Assembly (NCBI GenBank): GCA_963753085.1
Contig: CAVWBF010000015.1
Coordinates: 25,821 to 89,820, forward strand
Length of the DNA stretch: 64,000 bases
Source: an uncultured Spirochaetota bacterium
GTDB taxonomy: Bacteria; Spirochaetota; Spirochaetia; SZUA-6; Fen-1364
Direction: 5' to 3'
Shown: piece by piece, positions 61,449-64,000 of the stretch
Position numbering within the stretch: the first letter of the stretch is position 1
How the letters are laid out: every line of letters begins with the position of its first letter
Notes under the pieces: generated by a model
Databases searched by the model: none
The model's input: only the letters and a program-made list of their open reading frames with translations
Told to the model about the DNA's origin: nothing
Program-made: the position numbers and the translations under genes

Positions 61449-62964
61449 GAGGCTCCTCGGAACTTTCGTCCTCCTGATCCTCTGCCAGGCGGTCTTTGCC
61501 GAGACCGCCCCGTCACCATCCGTGGAGGCCGGGCGCGACGCGTTCCTGCGCGGGGACAACAAGGCCGCCTTGTCCATCCTCCGCGATTTCCGCTCCGCGC
61601 ATCCGGATTCCCCCCGCATCGACGAATCTCTTGCGTTGAGCGTCCAGGCGTGCCTGGCCTCGGGGGACGACTACCTGGCGCGCTTCTTTGCCTTGAAGCT
61701 CGTGACAGGCTACCCCGCATCCGCTTCGACCTTCCTGTCCTGCTTTCGCGTCGCGGAGAAGGCGTATGCCGCGCGCTCCTATGGAGCTGCGCTTGTGTTC
61801 TACGCGGACGCGGTGGCAAGCTTTGATGGCGGTGCGCCGGCAGCGGGAAAAAGCGTGAACCTGGCTCTCCTGCGCGCCGCGGAGCTGACCTTCTACAAGG
61901 AGCGGGATCCCCGGGCTGCAGCGGCGTATTTTCACCGTATTGACCCTCGGAACCTCGCGGCGGAGGATCTTCCCCTGGTCCGCGCCCTGCGCGTGCGGCT
62001 CGCATGGAGCATCCTTTCTCCGCAGAAGCTGGGTCTCACGGATGGAAACGTTTCATCCCTTCGCGTGGACAACGACGACCTGTGGGTCGGCACGTGGAAC
62101 GGCGGAGTGGCGCGCTACTCCGTGTCAGCTGGAAGAAGCGACGCGTTTCCCCTTCCTTCATACCCTCGCTCGATAGAAGTGGCCGGCCGACGCGTCTGGG
62201 TGGGATCTACGGACGGGCTGGACTGGTACGGGAAAGCCACGGGAGCCTGGAGAGCGGAAAGCGCGTTCCAGTCCCCCGCGCCGCTTTCGGTCCAGTCGCT
62301 GAAGCTCGTTGGGGACACTCTGTACGCGGGAACCTTTGGCAATGGGCTGCTTCGGCTGCAGAGTGCCGCGGCAGACGCCCAGGGAAGTGCCGCAGCAGAC
62401 GCGCCTCCGCAGTGGGCCCCGGTATCTGACGGCAATCTTCCCGGGCGGTTCGTAACGTGCATCGCCCAGTCCCGGGGCGGCGAGTCGCTGTACCTCGGCA
62501 CCCTGAGCTTCGGGCTCATCATCATGGACAGGCAGACGGGCTCTATGAAGAGCCTCTCCGAGATATTTCCGGATTTTTCAGCCTCCAACGTAACGAGTGT
62601 CGTCGAAGATGCAGAGGGCAGGGTATGGATCGGGACCTACGGAGACGGCCTTTACCTCTGGTCTCGGGGGGACGCCGAACAGGCAGCGGGCGGAGGGACA
62701 ATCCGGCATTTCAGCAAGGCCGGCGGCCAAATAGGGGACGATTGGATCCTGGCCATCTGCGAGACTGCCAGGGCCATGTACTTCGGGAGCTTCGGCGGCG
62801 GTGCAAGCGCACTTTCGAAAAACGGGACCTGGCGGCGGATCGGCATAGCAGACGGGCTGGGATCCCTCGATATCACCGCCATCGCCTGGAGGGCACCCTA
62901 CGTCTTTTTCGGCACGCTTGGTGCCGGAGTGTGCGTCTACGACGAGGAAGCCGATGGTCCGTAG
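61429..62964 (+). CDS. secreted TPR-like / beta-propeller repeat protein (two-component-regulator-propeller-like repeats, no output domain)
   Basis: TTG start. Signal peptide [16 protein letters not shown]. Helical N-terminal third. Then about 7 repeats of the type [77 protein letters not shown] and [13 protein letters not shown]. Confidence 0.6.
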   Translation: MARRGRERLLGTFVLLILCQAVFAETAPSPSVEAGRDAFLRGDNKAALSILRDFRSAHPDSPRIDESLALSVQACLASGDDYLARFFALKLVTGYPASASTFLSCFRVAEKAYAARSYGAALVFYADAVASFDGGAPAAGKSVNLALLRAAELTFYKERDPRAAAAYFHRIDPRNLAAEDLPLVRALRVRLAWSILSPQKLGLTDGNVSSLRVDNDDLWVGTWNGGVARYSVSAGRSDAFPLPSYPRSIEVAGRRVWVGSTDGLDWYGKATGAWRAESAFQSPAPLSVQSLKLVGDTLYAGTFGNGLLRLQSAAADAQGSAAADAPPQWAPVSDGNLPGRFVTCIAQSRGGESLYLGTLSFGLIIMDRQTGSMKSLSEIFPDFSASNVTSVVEDAEGRVWIGTYGDGLYLWSRGDAEQAAGGGTIRHFSKAGGQIGDDWILAICETARAMYFGSFGGGASALSKNGTWRRIGIADGLGSLDITAIAWRAPYVFFGTLGAGVCVYDEEADGP

Positions 62965-64000
62965 CTACCGACGCACGTACGTCTACATAGGTCGCGAATA
63001 CCTCCTCTCCTTCGCCGTCGCGTTCATGTTCTTCTTCTTCATCTTCTTCCTGAATCAGATCCTGGTCATGGCGGAGGAAATATTCTCCAAGAAAGTGCCC
63101 TTCTGGGACGTCGTTCTCCTGGTCATCTACTCGCTCCCCATCGTGATCGCTTTTTCTTTCCCCTTCGGGTCCCTGGTGGGCGCGCTGATGGCCGTGGGCA
63201 GGCTGGCCTCTGACAACGAAACCCTTGCCTTCGGAGCGCTTGGCGTCCCGTCACGCCACCTCGTGATCCCTCTCCTCATCATGGGGCTCCTCTTCTCCCT
63301 CGTGTCGTTCGTCATGAACGACTATTTTCTCCCCCTGGGGAACATCCGGTTTGCGGAAATCTACCGTCGAATCCTCTATTCCAACCCGGCGGTCGAGCTG
63401 GAGTCCCACTCGATCAAGAAGTACGAGAACACGACCATCATCACGGGCAAGGTCGAAGGGAAGCGGATCGAGGACCTGCTCATCATCGACAAGTCTCCCG
63501 AAGGATACCGGCGGATCATCACGGCCAAGGACGCATACCTGGAGGAGAGCCGCACGCAGCGCGGCGTGGTGTCCCTGACGCTGGATTCCGTGTTCACGGA
63601 GGTAAGCTATCCTTCCGAGGGGGACCGCTACGACTACACGACCTCGGAGTCGATGGTGTACAACATCCTTCTACAGAATATCTCTGTCTCCCTGGGGGGG
63701 CTCAATCCCTCCTACCAGAGCTCTGTGGATGTGTGGAAAGAAATACGGGCCAAGCGGGTGGACCAGGATGCGGCCCAGCGTGACAAGGACGAAAAGGTGA
63801 AGGAGCTCGAGTTCGCGCTTGCCTCGGGGACCAGGTCCGCCATCCAGACGGCGGCAGCCGACCCGTCGCAGCTCACGGCGGCGCGGGAGCAGGTTGCCGG
63901 GCTGTGGCGAGACCTGGCTGCGGAAAAGATGAGGAACGTCACTGACCAGACCCTCCAGGCGTATCTCCTGGAGTTTTACCGCAAGTTCTCCATGCCGGCG
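62954..64000 (+). CDS. LptF/LptG-family (YjgP/YjgQ) permease, 5' part; continues past the window end
   Basis: Not in the ORF track because it is open to the window edge. ATG 62954 gives [89 protein letters not shown], the typical LptF/G N-terminus. A periplasmic domain follows. Confidence 0.7.
   Translation, partial: MVRSYRRTYVYIGREYLLSFAVAFMFFFFIFFLNQILVMAEEIFSKKVPFWDVVLLVIYSLPIVIAFSFPFGSLVGALMAVGRLASDNETLAFGALGVPSRHLVIPLLIMGLLFSLVSFVMNDYFLPLGNIRFAEIYRRILYSNPAVELESHSIKKYENTTIITGKVEGKRIEDLLIIDKSPEGYRRIITAKDAYLEESRTQRGVVSLTLDSVFTEVSYPSEGDRYDYTTSESMVYNILLQNISVSLGGLNPSYQSSVDVWKEIRAKRVDQDAAQRDKDEKVKELEFALASGTRSAIQTAAADPSQLTAAREQVAGLWRDLAAEKMRNVTDQTLQAYLLEFYRKFSMPA

Noticed and set aside
1-64000. 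rRNA, tRNA, CRISPR arrays, insertion sequences, known multi-gene defence systems
   Set aside because: Scanning both strands by eye, I found no tRNA-like acceptor/T-arm pairs other than the tmRNA and no rRNA-like conserved blocks. I also found no transposase or integrase motifs and no restriction-modification, Cas, Abi or retron-type proteins. A covariance-model or HMM scan would be needed to exclude small RNAs.

Overview
GC-rich (by eye about 60-65 percent, not computed) bacterial chromosomal segment, densely coding on both strands. I count about 60 protein genes and one tmRNA. I recognise no rRNA, tRNA, CRISPR array, transposase or integrase.

The left part (0.3-24 kb) is accessory and metabolic:
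- a NagB-like enzyme, a membrane-anchored penicillin/AHL-acylase homologue and a LysE exporter;
- a multiply frameshifted DHFR-like (RibD_C) relic and an alpha/beta hydrolase;
- a xylFGH-type ABC importer followed by a frameshifted mutarotase-like gene;
- two tandem diverged FadR/GntR regulators;
- a tightly packed same-strand unit (13.6-24.0 kb). It joins a second sugar ABC importer to a FucI/AraA-family isomerase, a tungsten-type aldehyde:ferredoxin oxidoreductase (AOR), a GG-terminated MoaD/ThiS-like protein, a transaldolase and an unknown mutarotase-like protein. It contains no kinase, aldolase or NAD(P) dehydrogenase. This is my best candidate for an undescribed pathway.

At 24.0-25.0 kb an AT-rich 0.9-kb islet carrying a Gp49/HigB-like toxin and an XRE antitoxin abuts the 3' end of ssrA (tmRNA). 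ssrA follows smpB across a spacer holding three related hairpins.

The remaining 38 kb is core housekeeping:
- a PEGA-FGE protein, tandem lepB, hemW, yebC, ruvCAB and queA;
- a 119-bp inverted-repeat element and a truncated DUF4143 gene;
- tmk, then an outer-membrane biogenesis block (TonB-C-like, frameshifted tamB, bamA, skp);
- ruvX, mutS, comF and an RsmC/RlmG-like methyltransferase;
- rimP-nusA-infB-rbfA-truB-ribF-rpsO-pnp, an M16 peptidase, dut, a secreted TPR/propeller protein and a partial LptF/G permease.

The tamB-bamA-skp order and duplicated lepB are compatible with a high-GC member of Spirochaetota, but that is a weak inference. All family calls rest on motifs read by eye from the translations, and no search was run. 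Start codons were adjusted by eye from RBS and overlap context and may be off by a few codons.
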